From Acidobacteriota bacterium (GTDB lineage: Bacteria; Acidobacteriota; Vicinamibacteria; Vicinamibacterales; CAVVIG01), in the NCBI GenBank assembly GCA_003222395.1, contig QHWB01000034.1, positions 67,460 to 131,459 on the forward strand: DNA of 64,000 nt, read 5' to 3'. The notes below the pieces were generated by a model, which ran no database searches, was not told the DNA's origin, and saw only the letters and a program-made list of their open reading frames with translations. Of the stretch, positions 1-9,114 are shown one piece after another. The position numbers were made by a program, and so were the translations under genes. Position 1 is the stretch's first letter; the number at the start of each line of letters is the position of its first letter.

Positions 1-1
1 G

Positions 2-640
2 CGCGAGGCGTCGATCGAAGCCGCTGGGGCTGCCACCGGACCGCCGCCGCCACTCAGCCAGGAGCGTCAGTCCGAGTTCGAGCGCTATTACGCGTCGCAG
101 CCCCGCATCCCGCTGATCATCCCGAACGACGGCGCGAAAGTGCTCATCGTGAAATTCAACGACTTTCAGTGTCCCGCATGCGGCCAGTCGTATCTGGCCT
201 ACAAACCGATTTTCGCGAAGTACGAGGCGGAACATCCGGGGCAGGTGAAGGTCGTCCTGAAGGATTACCCGCTGAATCGCGACTGCAACGACGCGATCGG
301 TCAGACGATTCATCCCGCGGCGTGCGACGCGGCCGTGGCGGTGCGTCTCGCGCAGCAGCACGACCGGACCGATGCGATGGAGGAGTGGCTGTACACGCAT
401 CAGCCGTCCATGACTCCGCCGTCGGTTCGCCAGGCGGCGCGCGACATCGGCCAGATTACCGACTTCGACGCGAAGTACCAGCCGACGCTGGCGCTCGTGA
501 AAGGCGACGTGGCGCTCGGGCGTCAGCTGGCCGTGAAATCGACGCCGACGTTCTTCATCAACGGCGTGAAGCTCGAAGGGATGCTGCCGCCTCAGTACTT
601 CGATCAAGCGATCGCCTACGAGCTCGCACACGCGAAATAA
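2..640 (+). CDS. DsbA-family thiol:disulfide oxidoreductase (5' end outside window)
   Basis: Frame is open from the window edge. Thioredoxin-fold active site FNDFQCPACG and C-terminal STPTFFING motif. Stop lies 1 nt before the next start. Confidence 0.8.
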   Translation, partial: REASIEAAGAATGPPPPLSQERQSEFERYYASQPRIPLIIPNDGAKVLIVKFNDFQCPACGQSYLAYKPIFAKYEAEHPGQVKVVLKDYPLNRDCNDAIGQTIHPAACDAAVAVRLAQQHDRTDAMEEWLYTHQPSMTPPSVRQAARDIGQITDFDAKYQPTLALVKGDVALGRQLAVKSTPTFFINGVKLEGMLPPQYFDQAIAYELAHAK

Positions 641-641
641 T

Positions 642-1835
642 GTGAACCCCGCGCTGGCGACGTACGAGCTGACGAAGGATTATGCCGTCGGCTTCTGGCG
701 CAAGCGCCCGTACCGCGCCCTCGATCGCCTGACGCTCGAAGTCGAATCCGGCGACGTGTTCGGCTTTCTCGGACCGAACGGCGCCGGCAAGACCACGACG
801 CTGAAGCTCCTGATGCGGCTGGTGTTTCCAACCTCCGGCCGCGCCGAGATTTTTGGCCGCCCGGTCGGGGATGTCGGCGTGAAGCGGCGCTTCGGCTACC
901 TTCCCGAAAATCCGTACTTCTATGACTATCTGACCGCCGAGGAGCTGCTCCGATATTTCGCGCGGCTCTTCGGTTTTTCCGCCGCCGAAAGTCGCGCGCG
1001 TGCCAGCCGTCTGCTCGACGAGGTCGGCATCGAGCGCGAGCGATCGATGCAGCTGCGGAAGTTCTCGAAGGGAATGCTTCAGCGCGTCGGGATCGCGCAG
1101 GCGCTCGTCAACGATCCCGACCTCGTGATCTTCGACGAGCCGATGTCGGGTCTCGATCCGCTCGGACGCCGTGACGTCCGCTCGCTCATTCTGAGGCTTC
1201 GCGACCGCGGCTGCACGGTCTTCTTCAGCTCGCACGTGCTGAGCGACGCCGAAGCGTTGTGCAACCGCGTCGCGATCCTCGCCAGAGGGCGTCTGGTCGC
1301 GACCGGGAAGCTCACCGACATCCTCGCGTTCCGTGCGCGCGGATGGGAGTTGGTTGTCAGCGACGCGCCCGCGCGAATCGTCACCGCGCTCGGACCGCGC
1401 GCGCGCCGCATCGTGCAGATCAGCGAAGGGCGGTACATGCTGGATCTGCCGCTCGATCCGCCGCCCGAACGGCTATTGGCGGAGCTCACGACCGCCGGCG
1501 CACACCTCGTCTCGCTGAATCCGATTCGAGACACGCTCGAGGACTTCTTCGTCGAGCGCGTCACAGCTCCCCACCCCATGTCGGCGGACCACCGTCCGGC
1601 GCCGAGTGAGAGCGAGCGGGGGTGGGAGGCGACGAGTGAAGAGCGCCTGCGGCCCGAGCGAGGCGCCGGAGGGGACCGCGGCGCAGCCGCGGCGCCGAGT
1701 GAGAGCGAGCGGGGGTTGGAGGCGACGAGTGAAGAGCGCCTGCGGCCCGAGCGAGGCGCCGGAGGGGACCGCGGCGCAGCCGCGGCGCCGAGTGAGAGCG
1801 AGCGGGGGTGGGGCCCCGCGAGCAGTAAGAAATGA
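642..1835 (+). CDS. ABC transporter ATP-binding protein with repeat-encoded C-terminal tail
   Basis: Walker A GPNGAGKTT, signature-like FSKGMLQRV, Walker B LVIFDEP. The last ~80 aa are encoded by a 93-bp tandem repeat. ATGA overlap with the next gene. Confidence 0.9.
   Translation: MNPALATYELTKDYAVGFWRKRPYRALDRLTLEVESGDVFGFLGPNGAGKTTTLKLLMRLVFPTSGRAEIFGRPVGDVGVKRRFGYLPENPYFYDYLTAEELLRYFARLFGFSAAESRARASRLLDEVGIERERSMQLRKFSKGMLQRVGIAQALVNDPDLVIFDEPMSGLDPLGRRDVRSLILRLRDRGCTVFFSSHVLSDAEALCNRVAILARGRLVATGKLTDILAFRARGWELVVSDAPARIVTALGPRARRIVQISEGRYMLDLPLDPPPERLLAELTTAGAHLVSLNPIRDTLEDFFVERVTAPHPMSADHRPAPSESERGWEATSEERLRPERGAGGDRGAAAAPSESERGLEATSEERLRPERGAGGDRGAAAAPSESERGWGPASSKK
1599..1830 (+). repeat. 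93-bp tandem repeat (2 full + 1 partial copy) of family-A element, inside the ABC ATPase ORF
   Basis: Unit starts at 1599, 1692 and 1785. Copies 1 and 2 differ at one base. The last copy ends with the full core GGGGGTGGGGCCCCGCGAGC, then AGTAAGAAATG. Confidence 0.9.
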
Positions 1836-2638
1836 AGGCGACCCTCGCCATCGCCGTCAATGTGTTCCGCGAGTCGGTGCGGGACAAGATCCTGTACAAC
1901 CTCGTCCTGTTCGCGATTCTGATGATCGGCGCTTCGTACGTGATCGGTCAGCTGACTGCCGGCCAGGACGTCAAGATCATCAAGGACCTCGGGCTCGCAG
2001 CCACGACGCTATTCGGGCTGTTCATCGCCGTGTTCATCGGCATCGGCCTCGTGTCCAAGGAAGTCGAGCGACGCAGCATCTACAGTCTCCTCTCGAAGCC
2101 GATTCACCGGTACCAGTTCGTCCTCGGCAAGTACGCGGGGTTGGTGCTGACTCTGGTCGTGAACATCCTGGTGATGGCCGCGGCGCTCTATGCGGTGCTG
2201 GCGTACATGCGCTGGGGGATTGAGCCCTCGATCGAACGCGCCTGGGACGCGCCTGCACTCGACCCGGCACTCCTCACAGCGGTGCTGCTCATCCTGCTCG
2301 AGCTGATGCTCGTCACGGCAATCGCGTTGTTCTTCTCCACGTTTTCGACGCCGCTGCTGTCGGCGGCCTTCACGTTCGGGATCACAATCGCTGGCCATTT
2401 CAGCCGCGATCTCCGGAACTTCCACGACGTCGTCGAATCGCGCGTCGCACAAACCATCGCGCGCGGCGCGTACTGGGTGCTGCCCAACCTCGAACCCTTC
2501 GACGTCAAAGCGCAGGTCGTTCACGGCCAGCATGTGACGGCCGGGTACGTCGCGCTCGTTGCGGCGTACGGCGTCGTCTACATCGGCATCCTGCTCGTGA
2601 TTGCGACGTTCGTGTTCTCGCGGCGAGACTTCAAGTAA
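1832..2638 (+). CDS. ABC-2 type transporter permease
   Basis: 268 aa with multiple hydrophobic helices. Coupled to the ATPase (ATGA) and to the next gene (TAATG). Confidence 0.8.
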   Translation: MKATLAIAVNVFRESVRDKILYNLVLFAILMIGASYVIGQLTAGQDVKIIKDLGLAATTLFGLFIAVFIGIGLVSKEVERRSIYSLLSKPIHRYQFVLGKYAGLVLTLVVNILVMAAALYAVLAYMRWGIEPSIERAWDAPALDPALLTAVLLILLELMLVTAIALFFSTFSTPLLSAAFTFGITIAGHFSRDLRNFHDVVESRVAQTIARGAYWVLPNLEPFDVKAQVVHGQHVTAGYVALVAAYGVVYIGILLVIATFVFSRRDFK

Positions 2639-3594
2639 TGAAGCGTGCGAGCGCCTGGCCGATCGTCGGCATCATCGCCGTCGTCGTCGTGCTGACGGCG
2701 GTTGCCGCGCAGCTTCAGGCGGCGCGCGAGCGCTGGTTTCCGCCGCCTCCCGTCGAGGACGATGCGCTGTACATCGACTCCGGATCCGCGCTGAAGCGGT
2801 TGACCGTCTCGTTCGACACGCTGGCGGCCGATGTCTATTGGATTCGGGCGATTCAGTATTACGGCAGCACGAAGCGGCGGCTGGCGTCGCAGATCTCAGG
2901 GCCGGAGCCGCCCGCGATGATTGCCGATAGGTCGGATTACCGCAACCTCTACCAGCTGCTCGACTTGACGACGTCGCTCGATTCCCGGTTCGACATCGCC
3001 TATCGATTCGGCGCCGTGTTCCTCGCAGAAGGGTACCCGAGTGGTCCCGGGAGCCCGGACCTGGCGATTCGGCTCCTGGAGAAAGGTTTACGCGAACGAC
3101 CCGATAAATGGCAGTACATGCAGGATATCGGGTTCGTCCGCTACTGGTACCAACGGGACTATCGCGGCGCCGCCGAATGGTTCCGGAGAGCAAGCGAAGT
3201 CCCCGGGGCGCCAATCTGGCTGAAGCCGCTTGCGGCGACGACGGTGGCGCAGGGCGGCGATCGACGGTCGTCGCGCGTCATGTGGCTCGCCATTCTTCAA
3301 TCCGCCGACGTCGACTGGCTGCGCCAACAGGCCGAGCGGCGGTTGGTGCAGCTTCGCGCGCTCGACGACATCGACGAGCTGCAGCGCGCCGTCGATATGT
3401 ATTCGGAACGGAACGGCGCGAGGCCGAGCGACTGGATGACGCTCGTTCGCGCGCGCGTGCTCCGGGCCGTGCCCGCCGATCCCACCGGTGTGCTCTACGA
3501 ACTGACCACCGACGGCCGCGTGCGGCTTTCGCAGTCGTCGACGTTGTTTCCCTTGCCCTCGGAGCCGGCGCAGGTCGCGCCGGCGATCCGATGA
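2638..3594 (+). CDS. membrane-anchored TPR-like protein of unknown function
   Basis: N-terminal TM helix (IVGIIAVVVVLTAVAA) and helical-repeat-like composition. Translationally coupled on both sides. Confidence 0.6.
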   Translation: MKRASAWPIVGIIAVVVVLTAVAAQLQAARERWFPPPPVEDDALYIDSGSALKRLTVSFDTLAADVYWIRAIQYYGSTKRRLASQISGPEPPAMIADRSDYRNLYQLLDLTTSLDSRFDIAYRFGAVFLAEGYPSGPGSPDLAIRLLEKGLRERPDKWQYMQDIGFVRYWYQRDYRGAAEWFRRASEVPGAPIWLKPLAATTVAQGGDRRSSRVMWLAILQSADVDWLRQQAERRLVQLRALDDIDELQRAVDMYSERNGARPSDWMTLVRARVLRAVPADPTGVLYELTTDGRVRLSQSSTLFPLPSEPAQVAPAIR

Positions 3595-4364
3595 TTCCGG
3601 ACTGGGTGCTGATCGTCCTCGCGACCGTGCTGGGCGCGGCGATCGGCAGCTTCCTCAACGTGTGCATCTACCGATTGCCACGAGAGATGTCCGTCGCGTG
3701 GCCGCCCTCTTCCTGTCCGCACTGTGGGCAGACGCTCGCATGGTACGAGAACATTCCGATCGCGGCGTATCTGGCGCTCGGCGGGCACTGCCGCACGTGC
3801 CGCAATCGGATCGGTGCGCGATATCCGATCGTGGAAGCCGTCACTGCCGCGATGTTTGCAATCGCATGCTGGTATTACGGTCCAGGGCTCCTGTTGGTGT
3901 CCCGTCTCGTGCTGGGTTGCGCGCTCATCGTCCTCTTCGCTGTCGATCTCGAGCATCATCTGTTGCCGAACGCGATCACGCTTCCCGGCATTGTCGTCGG
4001 CTTCGCCTTCAGCTTGTTCATCGCGCCAGGATGGGTCGACTCGCTGCTCGGTATCGCGCTCGGCGGCGGCAGCCTGCTCGCGATGTTCTACGGGTGGCTC
4101 TGGCTGCGAGGCGAAGAAGCGCTCGGCATGGGCGATCCGAAGATGCTGGCGATGATCGGGGCGTTCGTCGGATGGAGGATGACGCTGCTGACGCTGGTGT
4201 TCGCGTCGTTCATCGGTTCGTTGATTGGCGTGGCGTTGATCGTCACGGGGCGCGGCGATCGCAAATCGATGGTCCCGTTCGGCTGCTTCCTCGCGCTCGG
4301 CGCGGTGGTCGCCATCGCGGCCGGTCGCGAAATTCTCGACTGGTACCTCGGGACGTTCGCATGA
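3591..4364 (+). CDS. pilD: prepilin peptidase (A24 family)
   Basis: Start chosen at ATG 3591 (ATGA overlap); the track ORF 3108 is an over-extension. Cys motifs CPHCGQ..CRTCRN and the conserved GMGDPKMLAMIGAFVGW motif. Confidence 0.9.
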   Translation: MIPDWVLIVLATVLGAAIGSFLNVCIYRLPREMSVAWPPSSCPHCGQTLAWYENIPIAAYLALGGHCRTCRNRIGARYPIVEAVTAAMFAIACWYYGPGLLLVSRLVLGCALIVLFAVDLEHHLLPNAITLPGIVVGFAFSLFIAPGWVDSLLGIALGGGSLLAMFYGWLWLRGEEALGMGDPKMLAMIGAFVGWRMTLLTLVFASFIGSLIGVALIVTGRGDRKSMVPFGCFLALGAVVAIAAGREILDWYLGTFA

Positions 4365-5629
4365 GGCTGACGCCAGGCGCCTACGCATTGCTTGGCTTGA
4401 CAGCGCTTGTGGCGGCGCTCGTCACCATTCTCACGTTCGCGCTCATGAAGTTCATGGCAGCGGCGCGCGACGCGCGCCGGTCGCTCGGGTCGTCGAGCGG
4501 CGCCGAGACTGCGCTGTTGTCGGCCGCGCTCCAGGAAGCCGTCACCAACCTCAAAGCCCGGGAGCGGGCCACGGCCGCGCGCGCGGATGCGTCAGAACGG
4601 CTTGCGGGCGAGATCGTGTCGAGCCTCACCGCCGGCCTGCTCGTCATCGGGCTCGACGGCGAAATCCGCATTCTCAACCCTGCGGGTCGCCGGATGTTGG
4701 ATCTCGCCGACGATGCACCGCCGGAGCAGATCGAGCGATCGCTGAAAGAGCTGACGCTGACCGAAGTCGTCGACGAATGTGTGACGACCGGCACTGCCGT
4801 CGTCCGGCGCTCCGTCACACTGCCGGAGCCGCGGCACGGCGTCTCGCATGTCGGCGTGACGGTTTCACCGCTGTTCGACGACCGCAGCGAACTGCACGGC
4901 GCGATTTGCCTCTTCACCGATCTGACCGCGGTCAAGGATCTCGAAGAGCAGCTTCGCCTGAAGGACAGCCTCGCGGCCGTCGGCGAGCTGACGGCCGGCA
5001 TCGCGCACGAGTTCCGCAACGGTCTCGCGACCATTCACGGGTACAGCAAGCTGTTCGATTTGAAGGCCCTCCCCGACTCCTACCGGGCGTACGTCGAAGG
5101 CATCCGCGCCGAAGCCGAATCGCTCGGACAGGTCGTCACGAACTTTCTCAACTTTGCGCGGCCGGCGCAGCTCGTGCTGTCGAACGTGGATCTCCGGAGC
5201 ATCTGCGAGCGCGCAGTGGAGGAGATTCGAACCGACGCGCGCGCGCTCGGCGGCGACATCGAGATTCGCGGAGAGTTTGCGCTCGTCGACGGAGACGAAG
5301 TGCTGCTGCGCCAGGCGCTCAGCAACCTCCTGCGGAACGCGGTCGAAGCGTGCGCGGGGTCGTCGACCGTCCCGCGGATCGTCGTGCAGTCGGAGGTCGA
5401 TCGTCAGCAGCGGCTGATGAAAGTGGCCGTCAACGACAACGGACCGGGCATCGCGCCCGCCTTGCGCGAGCGCATATTCCGTCCGTTCTTCACGTCCAAA
5501 CGCAACGGCACCGGCCTCGGACTCGCGCTCGTACAGAAGATCGTGGTCTTTCACAACGGCCGCATCGTCGCCGGCGTCTCGCCGGAGGGCGGTGCGAGCC
5601 TCCAGGTCACGTTGCCGACGACCAAGTAG
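4361..5629 (+). CDS. sensor histidine kinase (TM + PAS-like + HisKA + HATPase)
   Basis: Start at ATG 4361 (ATGA overlap with pilD). H-box GIAHEFRNGLATIHGY; N/G boxes LLRNAVEA, DNGPGI, GTGLGLA. Confidence 0.9.
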   Translation: MRLTPGAYALLGLTALVAALVTILTFALMKFMAAARDARRSLGSSSGAETALLSAALQEAVTNLKARERATAARADASERLAGEIVSSLTAGLLVIGLDGEIRILNPAGRRMLDLADDAPPEQIERSLKELTLTEVVDECVTTGTAVVRRSVTLPEPRHGVSHVGVTVSPLFDDRSELHGAICLFTDLTAVKDLEEQLRLKDSLAAVGELTAGIAHEFRNGLATIHGYSKLFDLKALPDSYRAYVEGIRAEAESLGQVVTNFLNFARPAQLVLSNVDLRSICERAVEEIRTDARALGGDIEIRGEFALVDGDEVLLRQALSNLLRNAVEACAGSSTVPRIVVQSEVDRQQRLMKVAVNDNGPGIAPALRERIFRPFFTSKRNGTGLGLALVQKIVVFHNGRIVAGVSPEGGASLQVTLPTTK

Positions 5630-5641
5630 CGCATTCCAGTA

Positions 5642-5660
5642 CTGTTACTGAACGTAACAG
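5642..5660. promoter_or_regulatory. perfect inverted repeat CTGTTAC-N5-GTAACAG (candidate enhancer-binding site or kinase-gene terminator stem)
   Basis: 7-bp arms with a 5-nt spacer, ~120 bp upstream of the sigma54-like motif. No U-tract follows. Confidence 0.35.
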
Positions 5661-5768
5661 AACGCCTCACGTGCACATCGCGTCAGGGCACGTCCGCCAC
5701 TCCGGATCATCCAGCAAACCACGCGTAGTCAGCACGTTGCCGGAGCTCCATGGCCGATCATCCTTCAA

Positions 5769-5784
5769 TGGCAGAGGCATTGCT
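5769..5784 (+). promoter_or_regulatory. candidate sigma54 (-24/-12) promoter upstream of the minor-pilin operon
   Basis: TGGCAG-aggca-TTGCT matches TGGCAC-N5-TTGCW with one mismatch. It lies 20 nt upstream of ATG 5804, so the leader would be only ~9 nt, which lowers confidence. Confidence 0.4.
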
Positions 5785-5803
5785 CAGTTCGAGGTATCAA
5801 GTC

Positions 5804-6403
5804 ATGCGAGCCCCGAACCAACGCTTCAGCGGCACACGCGGCTTCACGCTCATCGACATGGTCGCGACGATCGCGATCATCGGCACGCTCCTGGCGATTT
5901 CGGTGCCGCAGCTGATCGACGTGGTCGACGGCTACCGCCTCGGCATGGCGACGCGCGTCGTCGAGCGCGAGCTCCAGTTCGCGAAGCTCAAAGCGGTGTC
6001 GGCCGAATCGCCGATGCGCGTGCGGTTCAATTGCCCGGTCGCGAGGCAGGTCCGCGTCGTGGAACTGATCGGCACGTCGGCCGTGCCGAACGCGAACGAC
6101 GCGGACAACTATACCGATCGGTGCAAGGAAACGATTTACCCGTACAAGGCGACCGGATCCGACACGAGCCGGTTGACGAAACCGAACAACGACGGACCGG
6201 TGCGCTACCTCGATAGCAGCGTCACGATCACGACGTCGAAGACGATCGAATTCTGGCCCGACGGAACGGCGCACATCGATACCAACGCCGGCAATCCGTG
6301 GCCGGCAGCCGGCAATCCTGGCGTGACGATCACGCTGACCCGAAAAGGGAAAACCAAAAACATCGTGGTGAATGGCCTTGGCAAGATTCAAATGGATCGC
6401 TAG
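5804..6403 (+). CDS. prepilin-type minor pilin, GspH/FimT-like
   Basis: Prepilin cleavage/methylation motif G|FTLIDMVATIAIIGTL after a short basic leader. The alternative upstream ATG at 5750 cannot be excluded. Confidence 0.75.
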   Translation: MRAPNQRFSGTRGFTLIDMVATIAIIGTLLAISVPQLIDVVDGYRLGMATRVVERELQFAKLKAVSAESPMRVRFNCPVARQVRVVELIGTSAVPNANDADNYTDRCKETIYPYKATGSDTSRLTKPNNDGPVRYLDSSVTITTSKTIEFWPDGTAHIDTNAGNPWPAAGNPGVTITLTRKGKTKNIVVNGLGKIQMDR

Positions 6404-7004
6404 ACGCGCGCCGGCTCCGGGCGCCGAAGCTCCCGGAACGAGCGAAGGCGGCTTCTCACTCGTCGAGACGATCATCGCCTCGAGCGTCATGATGGCCGGC
6501 GTCATCACGCTTGCGCAGCTGTTCGTCATGTCGACGCGCACGAACGTCGCGGCGAAATCGACGTCGATCGCGGCGGTGCTGGCGCAGCAGAAGATGGAGC
6601 AGCTTCGGTCGCTCGAGTGGGGCTTCGACGCGCTCGGCCTTCCCAACACCGATACGACGACGAATACGGCCGTCGTGCCGATGGCGGCCAATGGCGGAAC
6701 GGGCCTCAGTCCTTCGCCGACCGGCGCCGGCAACCCGTTGAAAGCGAACGTCGCCGGCTGGGTCGATTACGTCGACAGGTACGGCAACTCGCTCGGCGGC
6801 GGTACCACGACGCCGCCCGCCGGCACGTCGTACATCCGGCGGTGGTCGGTCGAGCCGCTGCCGACCAATCCGAACAACACGATCGTCCTGCAGGTGCTCG
6901 TGACGCCGATGGGACTGCGTACGGCCGACGACAACACCGACAGCGTCCGGCGCAAGGATCAGGAAGCGCGGATTATCAGCGTGAAGACGCGAAAGGCGAG
7001 CTGA
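6372..7004 (+). CDS. prepilin-type minor pilin, PilV-like
   Basis: G|FSLVETIIASSVMMAG N-terminal methylation motif and its position in the minor-pilin operon. Confidence 0.7.
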   Translation: MALARFKWIARRAPAPGAEAPGTSEGGFSLVETIIASSVMMAGVITLAQLFVMSTRTNVAAKSTSIAAVLAQQKMEQLRSLEWGFDALGLPNTDTTTNTAVVPMAANGGTGLSPSPTGAGNPLKANVAGWVDYVDRYGNSLGGGTTTPPAGTSYIRRWSVEPLPTNPNNTIVLQVLVTPMGLRTADDNTDSVRRKDQEARIISVKTRKAS

Positions 7005-8272
7005 TGCGGCGCGAACACGGTTTTTCGATCCTGGAAATGATCGTCTCGATGGGCGTCATGCTCGCCGTCACCGGCGGCATCTTCGCCGTCATGAACCCGT
7101 CGCAGGGCACGTTCCAAACGCAGACGGAGGTATCCGATCTGCAGCAGCGCCTTCGCGTCGCGAGTGACACGCTTTACAAGGACCTCGTCATGGGAGGCGG
7201 TGGCGCGTACCAGGGATCGATGTCCGGTTCGCTGAATTATGCGTTCGCCGCGATCGTCCCGTTTCGCAGTGGCGCAGTCGGCCAGGATCCACCGGGTACG
7301 TTCAAGACCGACACGATCACCATCACGTACGTTCCGCCGACGGTCGCGCAGACGACGCTCTCGGACAATCCGGGCAACAGCCTGACGAATTCAGCGGAGA
7401 CCAAGGTCAATGCGGAAGCGGGTTGTCCCGCGGGCGATTTGCTGTGCGGCTTCAAAGAAGGGATGACGTTGCTGATCTACGACTCGACCGGCCATTCCGA
7501 CACGTTCACGGTCACGCAGATCCAGGACATCAACGCCAACAACGTCAAGCTCCAGCATAACAGTGACCAGCTGGCCTACGAATTCCTGGCCGATTGTTCG
7601 ACCCAGCCGGCTCCAAATCCGTGTGGCTCGACGAAGATCGTCCAGGCGGCCAGCTACAGCTATTACCTGAAGACCGACGCGCTCAACAAGACCGGTCAGT
7701 TGATGTTCTACGACGGGGGAATCGGTGCCGACGTGCCCGTCGTCGACAACGTCGTCGGGCTCACGTTCAAGTACTACGGCGATCCGCAGCCACCGCAGTT
7801 GAATGGCAATCCGTTGTCGAACACCATCGGCCCATGGACGACCTATGGTCCGACGCCGCCGGCGCTCGGCACCCAGGTGAAAGACCACAACAACAACGCC
7901 GCCGACGGCTGGGCGGCTGGTGAGAACTGCGTCTTCAGGATGGACAATGGCCAGCAAGTGCCACGTCTGCCCGTCCTCGGCGCTGGCGGCACGACGACGA
8001 CGCTGGTCGAGTTGACGCAGGCGATGTTGACCGACGGCCCGTGGTGTCCCGGCGGGCCGAACGGAGCGATCGGGAACGCGTGGGATGCCGACCTTCTGCG
8101 CGTCCGCAAAGTGGCCGTGACGATCCGCGTCCAGTCCGCGAACGCCGCGCTGCGGGGGCCGGCGAGCGCGTTGTTCACGAACGGCGGCACCTCGAAAGAG
8201 GGCAGCAAGTGGCTGCCCGATCAACAGGTGACGTTCAGCGTGTCGCCGCGCAACTTGAACCTGGGCAGGTAA
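7004..8272 (+). CDS. prepilin-type minor pilin, PilW-like
   Basis: Start at ATG 7004 (TGATG junction); track ORF 6617 is over-extended. HG|FSILEMIVSMGVMLAV motif. Size is ~420 aa. Confidence 0.7.
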   Translation: MRREHGFSILEMIVSMGVMLAVTGGIFAVMNPSQGTFQTQTEVSDLQQRLRVASDTLYKDLVMGGGGAYQGSMSGSLNYAFAAIVPFRSGAVGQDPPGTFKTDTITITYVPPTVAQTTLSDNPGNSLTNSAETKVNAEAGCPAGDLLCGFKEGMTLLIYDSTGHSDTFTVTQIQDINANNVKLQHNSDQLAYEFLADCSTQPAPNPCGSTKIVQAASYSYYLKTDALNKTGQLMFYDGGIGADVPVVDNVVGLTFKYYGDPQPPQLNGNPLSNTIGPWTTYGPTPPALGTQVKDHNNNAADGWAAGENCVFRMDNGQQVPRLPVLGAGGTTTTLVELTQAMLTDGPWCPGGPNGAIGNAWDADLLRVRKVAVTIRVQSANAALRGPASALFTNGGTSKEGSKWLPDQQVTFSVSPRNLNLGR

Positions 8273-8276
8273 CGCA

Positions 8277-9092
8277 ATGAGCCGTATAGCCGGGGTCGGT
8301 CAAGTGGGGATGAACATGCGACGCGAAGACGGAATCGCGATGATCGTCGCGCTGATGGCGATGCTGCTGATGTCGGCGCTTGGAGCGGCGCTCGTAATGA
8401 CCACGACGTCGGAGACGATTATCGCCGGCAACTTCTCGCGCGGTCAGGAAGGGCTGTACGCGGCCGATGCGGCGTTCGAGCGCGCGATGGACGATTTGCT
8501 GACCGTACCCGACTGGAACAAGCTGCTCGACGGAACGACGCAGTCGGCGTTCATCGATGGAGGGCCGAGCGGCGATCGCGTACTTCCTGATGGATCGCAC
8601 CTCGACATCGGCGCCGCGCTCAACATGGCCAACTGCGGCAAGACCAGCGATTGCTCGCCCTCCGATCTGACGGGGAATGCCACCGGCACTCGTCCGTGGG
8701 GCGCGAACAACCCGGTCTGGCGTGCGTACGCGTACGGGCCGCTGGTCAACATCCTGCCGACGGGGACGATCAACTCGAACTGGTACGTGATGGTGATGGT
8801 CGCCGACGATCCGTCGGAGAACGACGGCGATCCGCTGCACGACGGCACCAACGGCGGCAATCTTGGCACCGGCGTCCTCGCCATGCGCGCCGAAGCGTTC
8901 GGACCGCGCGGCGCGCACAAGATCATCGAGATGACGGTCGCCAGAACGAATACGACGAACCTGGAGCGCGGCTATACCGGACAGCGCGGCGAGGACGAGC
9001 AGAACCGCCGCGCCCGCAAGGCCGCCGTGCAGACGCCCGGCAAGTCGCTCACGATGCAATCGATGACGCTGAACTCAGGAGGAATCCAGTAG
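8277..9092 (+). CDS. PilX-like pilus assembly protein
   Basis: N-terminal hydrophobic segment IAMIVALMAMLLMSALGAALVMTTTSETIIAGN, typical of the PilX N-terminal domain. The true start may be ATG 8310 or 8316. Confidence 0.65.
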   Translation: MSRIAGVGQVGMNMRREDGIAMIVALMAMLLMSALGAALVMTTTSETIIAGNFSRGQEGLYAADAAFERAMDDLLTVPDWNKLLDGTTQSAFIDGGPSGDRVLPDGSHLDIGAALNMANCGKTSDCSPSDLTGNATGTRPWGANNPVWRAYAYGPLVNILPTGTINSNWYVMVMVADDPSENDGDPLHDGTNGGNLGTGVLAMRAEAFGPRGAHKIIEMTVARTNTTNLERGYTGQRGEDEQNRRARKAAVQTPGKSLTMQSMTLNSGGIQ

Positions 9093-9114
9093 CGCCTCGC
9101 GCTACGCGACACAT

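Noticed and set aside
1599-1830. Tandem 93-bp array considered as a CRISPR array
   Set aside because: The units are directly adjacent with no unique spacers. The array lies inside an open reading frame, and no cas genes are present.
3108-3590. 5' extensions of track ORFs, for example 3108-4364, 3662-5629, 6617-8272, 27673-28941, 35530-35949, 44394-45506, 55039-56049 and 56180-59074
   Set aside because: In each case a downstream ATG forms an ATGA/TGATG overlap with the preceding gene or yields a canonical N-terminus (signal peptide, prepilin motif, SMC or GlgP N-terminus). The extension overlaps another well-supported CDS or consists of translated repeat sequence.
5750-5803. Upstream ATG 5750 as the start of the first minor pilin
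   Set aside because: It would add 18 residues before an already long leader and place the sigma54-like motif inside the CDS. ATG 5804 gives a basic leader ending in G|FTLID. This is not fully excluded.
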